From Myxococcota bacterium (GTDB lineage Bacteria; Myxococcota_A; UBA9160; UBA4427): 64,000 bases of DNA. Within the stretch, counting starts at the first letter, position 1. Each line of letters starts with the position of its first letter. Position numbers and translations under genes: made by a program. The notes under the pieces are model-generated. The model saw only the letters and a list, made by a program, of their open reading frames with translations, made no database searches and was not told the origin of the DNA. The DNA lies in contig JAYGCV010000023.1 of NCBI GenBank assembly GCA_046583195.1, positions 676 through 64,675 of the forward strand, read 5' to 3'. Positions 55,360 to 64,000 of the stretch are shown in pieces.

Positions 55360-56609
55360 GCGTTGCCAGCCACGACGCGCTGCCGGCCGATCGCTTCGAT
55401 GTCGCTGCGGTGCGTGCGCAGTTCCCGGTACTGGCGGACGACGGTCCCGGGCGGACCCTCACCTATCTCGACAGCGCGGCCACGGCCCAGAAGCCCCAGG
55501 CGGTGATCGATGCACTCGAGGACTTCTACACCCGCGAATACGCGAGCGTCCACCGCGGCGTCTACGCCCTCTCGGTGCGATCGACCCAGCGTTTCGAGGC
55601 CGTCCGCGAGAAGGTCTGTCGGCTGCTCCATACGAGCGACCCGCGCGAAGTCGTCTTCACAAGAGGAACCACCGAAGCCATCAACCTCGTCGCCACGAGC
55701 TGGGGGGGACAGAACGTCTCCGCTGGCGACGAGATCGTCGTCACCCAGCTCGAACACCACTCGAACATCGTCCCCTGGCAACTCCTCTGCGAGCGCACCG
55801 GGGCGCGGCTTCGGGTCGCCCCCATCGGGCTCGACGGGTGCGTCGAAGTCGATGCCTTCGAGGCGCTGCTGGGTCCCCGAACGAAGCTCGTCGCGCTGGC
55901 GCACGTTTCGAACGCACTGGGGACGCGCCTCCCGGTCGCCGCGCTCTGCCAACTCGCGCGTTCGCGCGGCATCACCAGCCTGGTCGACGGAGCCCAGGCC
56001 GTGCCCCACGGAAGTGTCGACGTCCTGGCAATCGGCTGCGACTTCTACGCCTTCTCCGCCCACAAGGTCTTCGGCCCGACCGGAACCGGCGTGCTCTGGG
56101 GGCGGCGCGATCTGCTGGACGCGATGCCTCCCTACCAGGGGGGCGGCTCGATGATCCGCAGCGTGTCCTTCGAGGGTACGACCTACGCCGACGCTCCCCA
56201 ACGCTTCGAGGCGGGCACTCCCGACGTGGCCGGCGTGATCGGGATGGGCGCCGCGCTCGACTGGCTCGAGGAAATCGACCGCGAAGCCGCCGCCGCCTTC
56301 GAATGCGAGCTACTCCGCTACGCCAGCGAAGCGCTGGAGGCGATCCCGGGGCTGCACATTTTCGGGAGCGACCCCGAGAAGGTCGGCGTGCTGTCGTTTT
56401 CCCTCGACTGCGCGCACCCCCACGACATCGCCACCATCCTCGACCGCGAAGGCGTCGCCATCCGTGCGGGGCACCACTGCGCCCAGCCGCTGATGAAATT
56501 CTACGGTGTGCCGGCCATGGCGCGGGCCTCACTCGCCCTCTACAGCGATCGCAGCGACATCGATGCCCTCGTCTCTGCGCTCGAGACCACCCGGGAGATC
56601 TTCAGTTGA
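55356..56609 (+). CDS. sufS: Cysteine desulfurase SufS (group II)
   Basis: FPVL......YLDSAATAQKP, HRGVY, SAHKVFGPTG (PLP Lys), RAGHHCAQPL (catalytic Cys). The GTG at 55356 overlaps the sufD stop (GTGA). Confidence 0.9.
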   Translation: MSVASHDALPADRFDVAAVRAQFPVLADDGPGRTLTYLDSAATAQKPQAVIDALEDFYTREYASVHRGVYALSVRSTQRFEAVREKVCRLLHTSDPREVVFTRGTTEAINLVATSWGGQNVSAGDEIVVTQLEHHSNIVPWQLLCERTGARLRVAPIGLDGCVEVDAFEALLGPRTKLVALAHVSNALGTRLPVAALCQLARSRGITSLVDGAQAVPHGSVDVLAIGCDFYAFSAHKVFGPTGTGVLWGRRDLLDAMPPYQGGGSMIRSVSFEGTTYADAPQRFEAGTPDVAGVIGMGAALDWLEEIDREAAAAFECELLRYASEALEAIPGLHIFGSDPEKVGVLSFSLDCAHPHDIATILDREGVAIRAGHHCAQPLMKFYGVPAMARASLALYSDRSDIDALVSALETTREIFS

Positions 56610-57064
56610 TGGACGACCTGCGCGATCTCTACCAGTCCACCATCCTGGACCACAACAAGAGTCCCCGAAACTTTCGTGTGCCGGCGGACTCGAATCGCGA
56701 CGCCGAAGGCTACAACCCGCTCTGCGGGGATGAACTACACGTCTACCTGCGCGTCGACGCTGCGGGACGCATCGACGACATCGGCTTCGAAGGGTCGGGG
56801 TGCGCCATCTCCCGGGCCTCCGCCTCGCTCATGACCGAGTACGTAAAAAATCAATCACGCGAGGAAGTCGATCGTGTCTTCGACGCCTTCCACGACCTGG
56901 TCACCAAAGCACCCAAAGAAGGCGCCACGCCGGAATCGCTCGGCAAGCTCGCGGTCTTCTCGGGAGTGCGCGAATTTCCGATGCGGGTCAAGTGCGCCAC
57001 GCTGGCCTGGCACACGCTTCGCGCGGCCCTCGACCAGACCGACCAGACCGCGGTCACCGAATGA
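56609..57064 (+). CDS. sufU: SufU-type (NifU N-domain-like) sulfur-transfer / scaffold protein
   Basis: LYQSTILDHNKSPRN, NPLCGDEL, GSGCAISRASASLM, VKCATLAW. The ATG shares its A with the sufS stop; a TTG at 56606 is an alternative. Confidence 0.85.
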   Translation: MDDLRDLYQSTILDHNKSPRNFRVPADSNRDAEGYNPLCGDELHVYLRVDAAGRIDDIGFEGSGCAISRASASLMTEYVKNQSREEVDRVFDAFHDLVTKAPKEGATPESLGKLAVFSGVREFPMRVKCATLAWHTLRAALDQTDQTAVTE

Positions 57065-57147
57065 GCCCCTCGCGACGATCCCTCTCGGGGCTCTTCCGGC
57101 GCTCGCCGAAAGCCACGGCCCCCAGTGATCCCAAGGAGACGAATACC

Positions 57148-57486
57148 ATGGACGAAACTTTACGCCCGGAGGGCGAAACCGACTCCGACGCGATACGCCC
57201 GCGGCTGGTCGAAGCGCTGAAGACGGTCTACGACCCGGAGATCCCCGTCGACATCTATGAACTCGGCCTCATCTACGAAGTAGAAGTGCGCGAGGAAGCG
57301 AAGGTCTACATCAAGATGACGCTGACCTCCCCGATGTGCCCGGTGGCGGAGATCCTGCCCCAGGAAGTCGAAGAAAAGCTTCGCGCGGTCGACGGGGTCC
57401 GCGACGTCTCGCTCGAACTCGTCTGGGAGCCGCCCTGGAATCCGGACATGATGTCCGAAGCCGCGAAGCTCACGCTCAATTTCTAG
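57148..57486 (+). CDS. DUF59/SufT-like Fe-S assembly protein
   Basis: VYDPEIPVDIYELGLIY...MTLTSPMCPVAE is the DUF59 signature. AAGGAG lies 9 nt upstream of the ATG at 57148. An in-frame ATG at 57061 overlaps the sufU stop (ATGA) and would add 29 residues. Confidence 0.8.
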   Translation: MDETLRPEGETDSDAIRPRLVEALKTVYDPEIPVDIYELGLIYEVEVREEAKVYIKMTLTSPMCPVAEILPQEVEEKLRAVDGVRDVSLELVWEPPWNPDMMSEAAKLTLNF

Positions 57487-57492
57487 GCGTCG

Positions 57493-58653
57493 ATGCTTCC
57501 CCTCGGGTTCTGTTCCTTCCTCGTCTTCGGAATGCTGCTGGTACTCGTGGGTGCAAGCCACTCGGACCTGACGACGAGCCTCGGCTTTGATCTCGAAGAA
57601 GTGGGACTGGTGGGGGCCTGCGTATCCCTGGGCCTGGGCGCGGGAGTCATCGCGGCGGGGCCGCTGGTCGATCGCTTTCCGCGCCGGCCCGTCTACTGTG
57701 CAGCCGCACTGCTCGGCGGGCTCGCTCTTTGCAGTGTCGATGCCAGCATGTCCTTCCCCCGCGCGATGCTCCACGTCGCCGTTGCGGGGATCGGGGCCGG
57801 TGTTTTCGAAACCCTCCTCAACACCGTCGTCGTCGAGCAATACGGCGAACACGCCTCGCGCCCGGTGACCTTTCTGCACTCCGCCGCGACCCTCGGCGCC
57901 GTCGTCGGCCCCCCGCTCGTGGCCCTGCTGGCCTCGGTCGGTGGCTTTGTCGCGGGCTTTCGGGCGACCGGCCTCTTCATGTTGGCACTCGCCGTCTGGG
58001 GACTCGTCGCGGGCTTCCTCGCCCCCCGACCACCCGACACCCGGGCTAGCTCCGAGGAGCCCGGAGCACGCGAATCTCTTCGTTTGGGCGATCCGATCCT
58101 GCTCGGCCTCTGCGCCATCAGCTTCGCCTACATCGGCGTCGAAGCGGGGCTCACCCTCTTTGCGGTTCCGTTTGCCACGGGAGTGCTGCACGAGTCCCCC
58201 GCCAGCGGTCAGACCGCGATCTCGATTTTCTGGCTGGGGCTGCTCCTCGGGCGACTGGCACTGCTCTTTTCCCGTCGCGAATTTCGGGCCCGCCTCTTCG
58301 TCGTTTCCGGTGTCGGCGGCGCCCTCGTTCTATTGATCGCCACCGGCCTGCAACTCGGCGGCATGGCCCTCTGGTACGGCCTCTGCGGCCTGATCCTCGC
58401 CGGCGTCTTCCCGGCACTGGTGACCCTCGCCGGCCGCCACTTCAAAGCGGCGCGGGGCACCGCCATCGGCCTCACCGTCGGCGCCGGATCCTTCGGCGGT
58501 TTCGTCATTCCCTTTGCGATGGGCGTCGGCGCCGAAGCCTTCGGTGTGCGTTCGGCAGTCGCGGCGCTGGCACTCGCGTGCCTGTTCGCCGCCGCCGTTG
58601 CCCTCCCGATGGCGCGCGCGCAGCACCCAGCGGCAGACGCTCAGCCCACGTAG
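57493..58653 (+). CDS. MFS transporter
   Basis: About 12 hydrophobic segments, with the loop motif GPLVDRFPRRP between TM2 and TM3. Confidence 0.8.
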   Translation: MLPLGFCSFLVFGMLLVLVGASHSDLTTSLGFDLEEVGLVGACVSLGLGAGVIAAGPLVDRFPRRPVYCAAALLGGLALCSVDASMSFPRAMLHVAVAGIGAGVFETLLNTVVVEQYGEHASRPVTFLHSAATLGAVVGPPLVALLASVGGFVAGFRATGLFMLALAVWGLVAGFLAPRPPDTRASSEEPGARESLRLGDPILLGLCAISFAYIGVEAGLTLFAVPFATGVLHESPASGQTAISIFWLGLLLGRLALLFSRREFRARLFVVSGVGGALVLLIATGLQLGGMALWYGLCGLILAGVFPALVTLAGRHFKAARGTAIGLTVGAGSFGGFVIPFAMGVGAEAFGVRSAVAALALACLFAAAVALPMARAQHPAADAQPT

Positions 58654-60215
58654 GGCAGCACCGCGGCAAAGAACCACGCCAGCCACAGCGACTCGATCAC
58701 CGCGATGGTCGCGATGTTCCGCGAAGCCGCGTAGATCCCGGTGGCGAGGAGTTCGAAGCTGAAGAGCAGGCCCCCCAGAATCGGCAGCAGGATGCCCAGT
58801 ACACCGGGAAGGATTTCGAGAACGATCCCGACGACCAGCGCAGCGAGCAGAACGACGTGCCCCGCCACGGAAGCAAGGGTCGCCTGAAGCGTCGTCCCCC
58901 GGCGCAGCAACAACCCCTGGCCGAAACAGAAGGGCAGGAGCCCCAGCGTCGCCATGGCGAAGGCCACCGCCCGCTCGGGGCCGAGTGCCAGCCGGTGCAT
59001 GGCGACGTTCAGCGGAGTGGTGAAGGCGTAGATCGCCGCAAAGCCCAGCCCCGCGACCGCCAGCGCGAGGAGCGGGCGCCCGGTCTTCGAGGACAGGGCC
59101 AGGTCGCCTCGGGAAGCCAGCATTGCAAGCACCACCACACCGGCGTAGGCGAAGAGTTGTACCAGCGAATCGGCCACCGCCAGCGGCAGGAATTCGGCCG
59201 CGCCCGGGACCGCGCACAGCGGCAACACAACCAGAAACGCCGCTGCGAAGAGACCGATTCGGCGGCCGGCGCGGACCGAAGAGGTCTGCGCGACGCGCGG
59301 GGCCAGCCTCCCCAGAACGATCCCCAGCCCGGGAAGCAACAGTGTCAGGGCAAGGTTGCCGACCTGCACCGCACGCAGTCTCGGGTCCTCGATCCGCGCG
59401 TTCGAAGCCCGCTCGACACCAGAGATCGAATCGAGCCAGGCAACGGTTTCCATCACCGTAACGTCGTCAATCAAAATGCTCAGGTGATCGGTCTGCGGAA
59501 TTTCGACCAGGCGAACCCGAGTTCCCTTCGCGAAATCACCGGCGTTCTCACCAATCCCCAGCTGCGCGTCGCCCGAGAGTTGGCCCGCGACGCGCGTCAT
59601 GCCCGCCTTGATGAAATCGGGATCGTCTTCGGCGTAGAGCAGAAGCACGTTCGGCGGTCGCTGCGGACCCAATAACGGACCGCCTCCGGCGATCAGGATC
59701 AACGCGTCGAGACCGGAATCGCGGCCGCCGTAGGCCAGGCTCGCGCCAGCCCCCATCGAGTGACCGCCGACGCTGATCCTCGAGCCATCGACGTGGGGCG
59801 AAGTCCGCAAGAAGTCGACAGCGTGGCCGATGTCCGCGACGAGCCCGTCGTTGTTGCCGGTGCCGCGCCCCATCGAGTTGCGATTTTCACCATGGCCGCG
59901 CACATCGATGGCCAGCACCGCGTAGCCGGCTTCGGCGAGCGAACGCGCCAGCGGCGAGAGCCCCATCCGGTCGCCGGAGAAACCGTGTACCAGCACGATG
60001 GCGGGGGGGCGCGATCCCAGGGGTGCGGGTTCGGGAAGCCCGAAGATCGGGACCTCGCCCGATGCAGGTCGCGGCAGGGTGAAGGTCGCCGGGATTCCCC
60101 CAGCGAGATCGACGTTCGCGTGCGGCGGACCGCCACGCTCGAGGCGTCCGAGCCAGAGGAGTTCGAAGAGCAGCAGAACGAGGGCCGCGATCGCGAGTCG
60201 GATCCACCATTTCAT
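58641..60215 (-). CDS. Membrane-anchored alpha/beta hydrolase fused to a C-terminal polytopic membrane domain
   Basis: N-terminal TM; hydrolase core IVLVHGFSGD, GHGEN, nucleophile elbow GGHSMGAG; then ~250 aa with about 7 hydrophobic helices. Converges on and overlaps the MFS 3' end by 13 nt. Confidence 0.75.
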   Translation of the reverse strand: MKWWIRLAIAALVLLLFELLWLGRLERGGPPHANVDLAGGIPATFTLPRPASGEVPIFGLPEPAPLGSRPPAIVLVHGFSGDRMGLSPLARSLAEAGYAVLAIDVRGHGENRNSMGRGTGNNDGLVADIGHAVDFLRTSPHVDGSRISVGGHSMGAGASLAYGGRDSGLDALILIAGGGPLLGPQRPPNVLLLYAEDDPDFIKAGMTRVAGQLSGDAQLGIGENAGDFAKGTRVRLVEIPQTDHLSILIDDVTVMETVAWLDSISGVERASNARIEDPRLRAVQVGNLALTLLLPGLGIVLGRLAPRVAQTSSVRAGRRIGLFAAAFLVVLPLCAVPGAAEFLPLAVADSLVQLFAYAGVVVLAMLASRGDLALSSKTGRPLLALAVAGLGFAAIYAFTTPLNVAMHRLALGPERAVAFAMATLGLLPFCFGQGLLLRRGTTLQATLASVAGHVVLLAALVVGIVLEILPGVLGILLPILGGLLFSFELLATGIYAASRNIATIAVIESLWLAWFFAAVLPYVG

Positions 60216-60280
60216 TCAGCTATTGCACCGCGACAACGGGCGCGAGTCAATCCTCCGGGCGCGGGTGCTATCGTCGCGCC

Positions 60281-61213
60281 GTGTCGTTGTCCCCCCAACG
60301 CATCCTCGTGACCGGGTCAAACGGACACCTCGGGCAACGCTGGCTCGAAGCCGCGGGCGCCGACGCGGGCGCATTCTCAACCCGCGCCGTGGTGCGCTCC
60401 GAGCGCGCCCGGTCCCAACTCGAAGGGCTCCCCCCGCGGCAGCGTCCCGAGGAGATCCGGGTCGTCGACTACGACGACCCGAGCGACCTGGCGCGCGCGG
60501 CGGAAGGCTGCGACGCGGCGCTTCACCTGGTGGGGATCCTGCGCGAGACCTCGACCACGAGTTACCGGGACGCCCACGAAACCAGCGCCACTGCGCTGGC
60601 CCGCGCAGCCGACGAGGCTGGCTTGAAGCAGATCGTGTACCCGAGCCTTTTCGGCGCGGACCCGCGCTCACAGAACCCCTGCCTCGCCTCGAAGGGGCGT
60701 GCGGAAGAAATCCTGCGCGCGGCATCGACGCCGACCCTGGTGCTGCGGCTACCGATGGTCCTGGGCCCCGGAGACCCGGGGAGTCGCGCGCTGCTTTCGC
60801 AGGCGCGCTCGCACATCGTGCCGCTGGTCGCAGGCGGCGACACCCTGCAGCAGCCGATCGACGCCCGCGACGTCGTGCTCGCGCTTCGTGCGGCGTGCGG
60901 GGCCGCGGCTCCCATCGCCTCGGTTCTCGAACTCGGCGGCCCGGAGGTCCTCAGCCACCGCGCGTTGCTGCTGCGCGCGGCTTCTCTCCTTGGGACACAG
61001 CCGCGAATCGTCGGAGTCCCGAGGTCCCTGGCGGGCTTCGCCGTGGGCGCCCTCGAGCGACTGCTGCCGAGCCCGCCGCTCACTCGCGCGGTCTTCGAGA
61101 TCCTCGAACACGACGACTGCTGCGACAACGGTCCCGCGCTCCTTGCACTGGGGATCGCGCTTCGGGATCTCGATTCGACCCTCCGGTACTGTGCCTCTGA
61201 GGCCGAGAATTAG
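60281..61213 (+). CDS. NAD(P)-binding SDR-family protein (NmrA/atypical epimerase-like)
   Basis: Rossmann motif ILVTGSNGHLG; extended-SDR-like length (310 aa). Confidence 0.8.
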   Translation: MSLSPQRILVTGSNGHLGQRWLEAAGADAGAFSTRAVVRSERARSQLEGLPPRQRPEEIRVVDYDDPSDLARAAEGCDAALHLVGILRETSTTSYRDAHETSATALARAADEAGLKQIVYPSLFGADPRSQNPCLASKGRAEEILRAASTPTLVLRLPMVLGPGDPGSRALLSQARSHIVPLVAGGDTLQQPIDARDVVLALRAACGAAAPIASVLELGGPEVLSHRALLLRAASLLGTQPRIVGVPRSLAGFAVGALERLLPSPPLTRAVFEILEHDDCCDNGPALLALGIALRDLDSTLRYCASEAEN

Positions 61214-61214
61214 C

Positions 61215-62228
61215 GTGACACCGGAACCCATTCACGATCCCTCGGGCCACCCGCAGCCCGCAACCCGGCGGACCATCCCGCTGTGGCAGAAGCTCGTCCC
61301 GTGGCTGATCACGCTGGCCTGCTTTGCGTACCTCCTGACGCGCATCGATGCCGCCGCCGCTCGCGAAGGACAGGACGTCGCCGGTTACCTGGGCGACGTC
61401 TTCCAGGGCGTGGACTGGGGCACCTGGCTGGCATTGATGATCCCCTACTCGGCGTTCTTCTTCCTGGTCGATTCGGCGGTCGTGTGGCGCGTGATCAACT
61501 GGTTCAACACGCGGCTGGCTTACAAAGACATCCTGCCGATTCGCGGAAGCTCCTACATCCTCTCGATCTTGAACGAGCAGGTCGGCAAGGGAGCGATGGG
61601 GGTCTACCTGCATCGGCGCCACGGGGTGCCGGGCTGGGAAGTCGGCTCGAGCATGATCTTCATCATGTTCTGCGAGTTCTACTACCTGCTTTTCTTCGCC
61701 ACCCTCGGCTACGCCATCGCCGCTGATCGCCTGCCGAGCCAGTTCGCTGCAATCCCGTGGATCGCGCTGGCGGCGCTCATTTTCTTCGCAGCCTTCCACC
61801 TCTTCATGAGGGGGCACTTCGCAGCGGCGAGCGACTTCCGCGAGCGCCCGATCTGGAAGGCCTTCCGCGAGGCGCGCGTCGCGCACTACCTCCAGATCAT
61901 GCTGATTCGTTCCCCGGCGCTGCTCGCAGCCGTGGTGGTCTACACCCTCGCGCTGCGGCTTTTCGGCGTCCCCTCGGATTTCATCGGGATGCTCGGCGTG
62001 CTGCCGGTGATCTTCTTCGGGGCCGCCACCCCCGGGCCGATGCGCTCGGTCGCCATCACGCTCTGGGTCGTGCTCTTCCCCGGACACGAGGGCGCGATGA
62101 CCGCCTTCGGCTTCGTGCAGCACAACTTCTTCATCTTCTTCAACGCCGCGATCGGTCTTCTCTTCCTAAGGCGGGCGAACCGCGAGCTCTTCGGCACCCC
62201 GAAAGAGGCCCCCGAAGCGCGCGCCTGA
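61215..62228 (+). CDS. Lysylphosphatidylglycerol-synthase-TM-region-like (UPF0104, flippase-like) membrane protein
   Basis: The GTG lies 1 nt after the SDR stop. About 8 TM segments, with SSYILSILNEQVGKGAMGVYL. Assignment from recollection of the family. Confidence 0.65.
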   Translation: MTPEPIHDPSGHPQPATRRTIPLWQKLVPWLITLACFAYLLTRIDAAAAREGQDVAGYLGDVFQGVDWGTWLALMIPYSAFFFLVDSAVVWRVINWFNTRLAYKDILPIRGSSYILSILNEQVGKGAMGVYLHRRHGVPGWEVGSSMIFIMFCEFYYLLFFATLGYAIAADRLPSQFAAIPWIALAALIFFAAFHLFMRGHFAAASDFRERPIWKAFREARVAHYLQIMLIRSPALLAAVVVYTLALRLFGVPSDFIGMLGVLPVIFFGAATPGPMRSVAITLWVVLFPGHEGAMTAFGFVQHNFFIFFNAAIGLLFLRRANRELFGTPKEAPEARA

Positions 62229-62235
62229 GGGGGGC

Positions 62236-62814
62236 TCAGGCGGTGCGGGCCCTTCGCAGAGCCACGAACCGGTCGAGCATCGACGCGATCGTGGTCGCCA
62301 CGAGAACCCAGGCCAGGAATCGGACCAGGCCTTCTCCCGGCCAGCCGAGCCCCAGCGCGTCGCGCACCAGCGGCACTCCGAGCAGCACGAAGTAGGCGAT
62401 GCCATTGGCGCGCCCGAGTGCGCTGGCTCGCAATGGAAGCCGGGCAAAGACCCTCGAGTCGATGCTGTACTGGACGAAGGCCACTACGACGAGGAGCGGG
62501 AGGGCCAGCGGCAGCGCCCCGCGAAGGCCGAGTGCCAGGAGGCCCAGCGCGACGAAGGTGGCGTCGGTCGCGTGGTCGAAGAAGGCGCCGAGGCGACTCG
62601 CTTCTCCGCGCCGCCTGGCCAGTGGCCCATCCGCGAAATCGCTGATCACCGCCGCAACGAAGAGCCCCGCCGCCGTCAGGGTCCACTCGTTGTAGATAGC
62701 CGCGGCGCACAGTGGGGCCATCACCAGCCGCGCGAGCGTGAGCCCGTTGGCGGGCGTGGCCCAGCCCGGCGAGCCCGGTGAATTCGAAGACGGTGGCTTC
62801 GGAGACGAGACCAT
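62236..62814 (-). CDS. CDP-alcohol phosphatidyltransferase family protein
   Basis: ANGLTLARL... and the signature DFADGPLARRRGEASRLGAFFDHATDA (D-x2-DG-x2-AR...G-x3-D-x3-D). Confidence 0.85.
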   Translation of the reverse strand: MVSSPKPPSSNSPGSPGWATPANGLTLARLVMAPLCAAAIYNEWTLTAAGLFVAAVISDFADGPLARRRGEASRLGAFFDHATDATFVALGLLALGLRGALPLALPLLVVVAFVQYSIDSRVFARLPLRASALGRANGIAYFVLLGVPLVRDALGLGWPGEGLVRFLAWVLVATTIASMLDRFVALRRARTA

Positions 62815-62903
62815 GCGGCGAGGCTATCGCAAGCTTTGGAATCGGCTTCCACCCACCGCGGCGAGCCGCTAGCCTTGCGCCGCCAAGCCCGGGAGAAGAG
62901 AAA

Positions 62904-63308
62904 ATGCATCGCCTTTTGCAATCCGCGCGCGTAGCGATACCGGGAGCCCTGCTTGGGCTCTCCCTATTGGGCCTACAGGGCTGTGGGGACTCCGCCCAGG
63001 CACCGAGCACTGGGAAAGCGCCGGCGACGACGGCTTCCAATGCGGCTCCGGCAGCAGCGTCCGACACCTTGGCGTCTCGCGGACGCTCGGTCTACAACGC
63101 GAACTGCGTCGCCTGTCACAACCCGAACCCGGCCGAGCCCGGCGCCATCGCTCCGGCGATCCAGGGCTCCTCGGAGACACTCCTCGAGGCGAAGGTCCTC
63201 CACAACACCTATCCGCCGGGGTATACGCCGAAGCGGGACACCAACGCGATGATCGCGCTTCCGCATCTCGCAAAGCAGATCCCCGCGCTCGCAGCCTACC
63301 TGAAGTAG
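62904..63308 (+). CDS. Lipoprotein c-type monoheme cytochrome
   Basis: Lipobox LLGLQGC and heme motif CVACH. ATG at 62904, preceded by GGGAGAAG. Confidence 0.75.
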   Translation: MHRLLQSARVAIPGALLGLSLLGLQGCGDSAQAPSTGKAPATTASNAAPAAASDTLASRGRSVYNANCVACHNPNPAEPGAIAPAIQGSSETLLEAKVLHNTYPPGYTPKRDTNAMIALPHLAKQIPALAAYLK

Positions 63309-63324
63309 CGACAGCCCTAAACGA

Positions 63325-63356
63325 AACGGGGACGATCCGGTTGGATCGTCCCCGTT
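63325..63356. terminator. Perfect 14-bp hairpin between convergent genes (bidirectional terminator candidate)
   Basis: AACGGGGACGATCC-ggtt-GGATCGTCCCCGTT lies between the stops at 63308 (+) and 63396 (-). Confidence 0.6.
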
Positions 63357-63395
63357 GGTCATCGCTACCCAGTGGCCTCCGCGATGGGATACCGC

Positions 63396-64000
63396 TCAGG
63401 CCAGACTCGAAGAATTGATGAAGACGCCGATCAGGAACAGCACCAGCGTCAGCCCGAGACCGGCGTGGATCGTTCCCTTCACGCTACCCAGCGGCTTCTG
63501 CGTGGCCAACCCGGGCCCGATGAGGCCGTTGATCTCGACCAGTACGATCAACCCGCCCGCGACCAGCCAGTAGGAGAGCAGGTTCGAGCCATCATCGAGC
63601 CACGCCAGGTGACTCGCCGATCCCATGAAGAAGAGCATCGGGATCGAGAAGAGCGTGTTGGTGCGCGAAGCGAGACCCGCGCGGGCCGCGAGCCCGGGAG
63701 CTTCGGGAATGGCTTCGCCGCCGCCGGCGATCTGCTCGGCGGAGCGGATCACCACCTGCTGGGCGGGCCAGATCACGAACCAGACGTTCGCCCACATCAG
63801 CGTGCCCATCAGTCCGCCGGTGAGGATCCGGGTCATGTACGGATCGCCGAGCCCGATGCCGCCGTGGCCCCACTTCATCAGCACGATGGTCCATCCCGAG
63901 AGGAAGGTGAACATCGCGCCCCAACGGAACCACCAGAGCGCGTTGGGCACCAGGCCGCGGGTCATCGCGCTCTTTGCCTGGCCTCCGAGTTCCGTCCCGA
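63396..64000 (-). CDS. Polytopic membrane protein, possibly PuuD-like (urate hydroxylase family membrane domain); 5' end probably beyond the window
   Basis: ALWWFRWGAMFTFLSGW and MWANVWFVIWPAQQVV resemble the PuuD-family membrane region (from memory). The frame stays open upstream of the first listed Met to position 64000. Confidence 0.45.
   Translation of the reverse strand, partial: GTELGGQAKSAMTRGLVPNALWWFRWGAMFTFLSGWTIVLMKWGHGGIGLGDPYMTRILTGGLMGTLMWANVWFVIWPAQQVVIRSAEQIAGGGEAIPEAPGLAARAGLASRTNTLFSIPMLFFMGSASHLAWLDDGSNLLSYWLVAGGLIVLVEINGLIGPGLATQKPLGSVKGTIHAGLGLTLVLFLIGVFINSSSLA

Overview
High-GC (roughly 65-72% in the stretches I hand-counted) bacterial chromosomal DNA, densely coding: about 60 CDS. 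By eye I found no rRNA, tRNA, CRISPR array, transposase or integrase. All calls rest on reading the supplied translations, my own translation of one frame missing from the track, and remembered family motifs; no search was run. Many long listed ORFs are Arg/Pro/Gly-rich shadow frames antisense to real genes. Several listed starts are upstream over-extensions, which I trimmed to the start that fits the family and the neighbouring stop codon.

Content, left to right:
- An exosortase-EpsI fusion hidden from the ORF track. It reads into a 40% GC block at the left edge without a stop.
- A fused OtsA-OtsB trehalose gene coupled to a sulfatase-TPR lipoprotein.
- A 13-gene co-directional minus-strand run (6.2-18.9 kb). 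It ends in a tungsten/molybdenum-cofactor island: MoaD-like, aldehyde:ferredoxin oxidoreductase, MoeA, MoeA-PBP.
- Housekeeping genes: nadE, aconitase, PCD, cysH, folK, bioA.
- An exported PheC-chorismate mutase fusion.
- A serine-palmitoyltransferase-like gene next to MlaA/MlaC-like genes.
- A small Lys-tailed histone-fold protein.
- A PDZ-GAF histidine kinase.
- An Rrf2-sufBCDSU-sufT operon joined by 4-nt overlaps.
- A membrane-lipid headgroup cluster: SDR, LPG-synthase-TM-like protein, CDP-alcohol phosphatidyltransferase.

The best candidate for an undescribed system is a translationally coupled class-III aminotransferase-LuxE-LuxC cassette (47.4-51.1 kb), predicted by inference to convert a fatty acid to an aldehyde and then an amine. 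Other items worth a second look:
- an orphan Toprim/DUF4435-like protein;
- a 4-unit tandem repeat directly upstream of bioA;
- a possible Moco/Wco riboswitch in the aor-operon leader;
- an IscR-type box upstream of the suf regulator.
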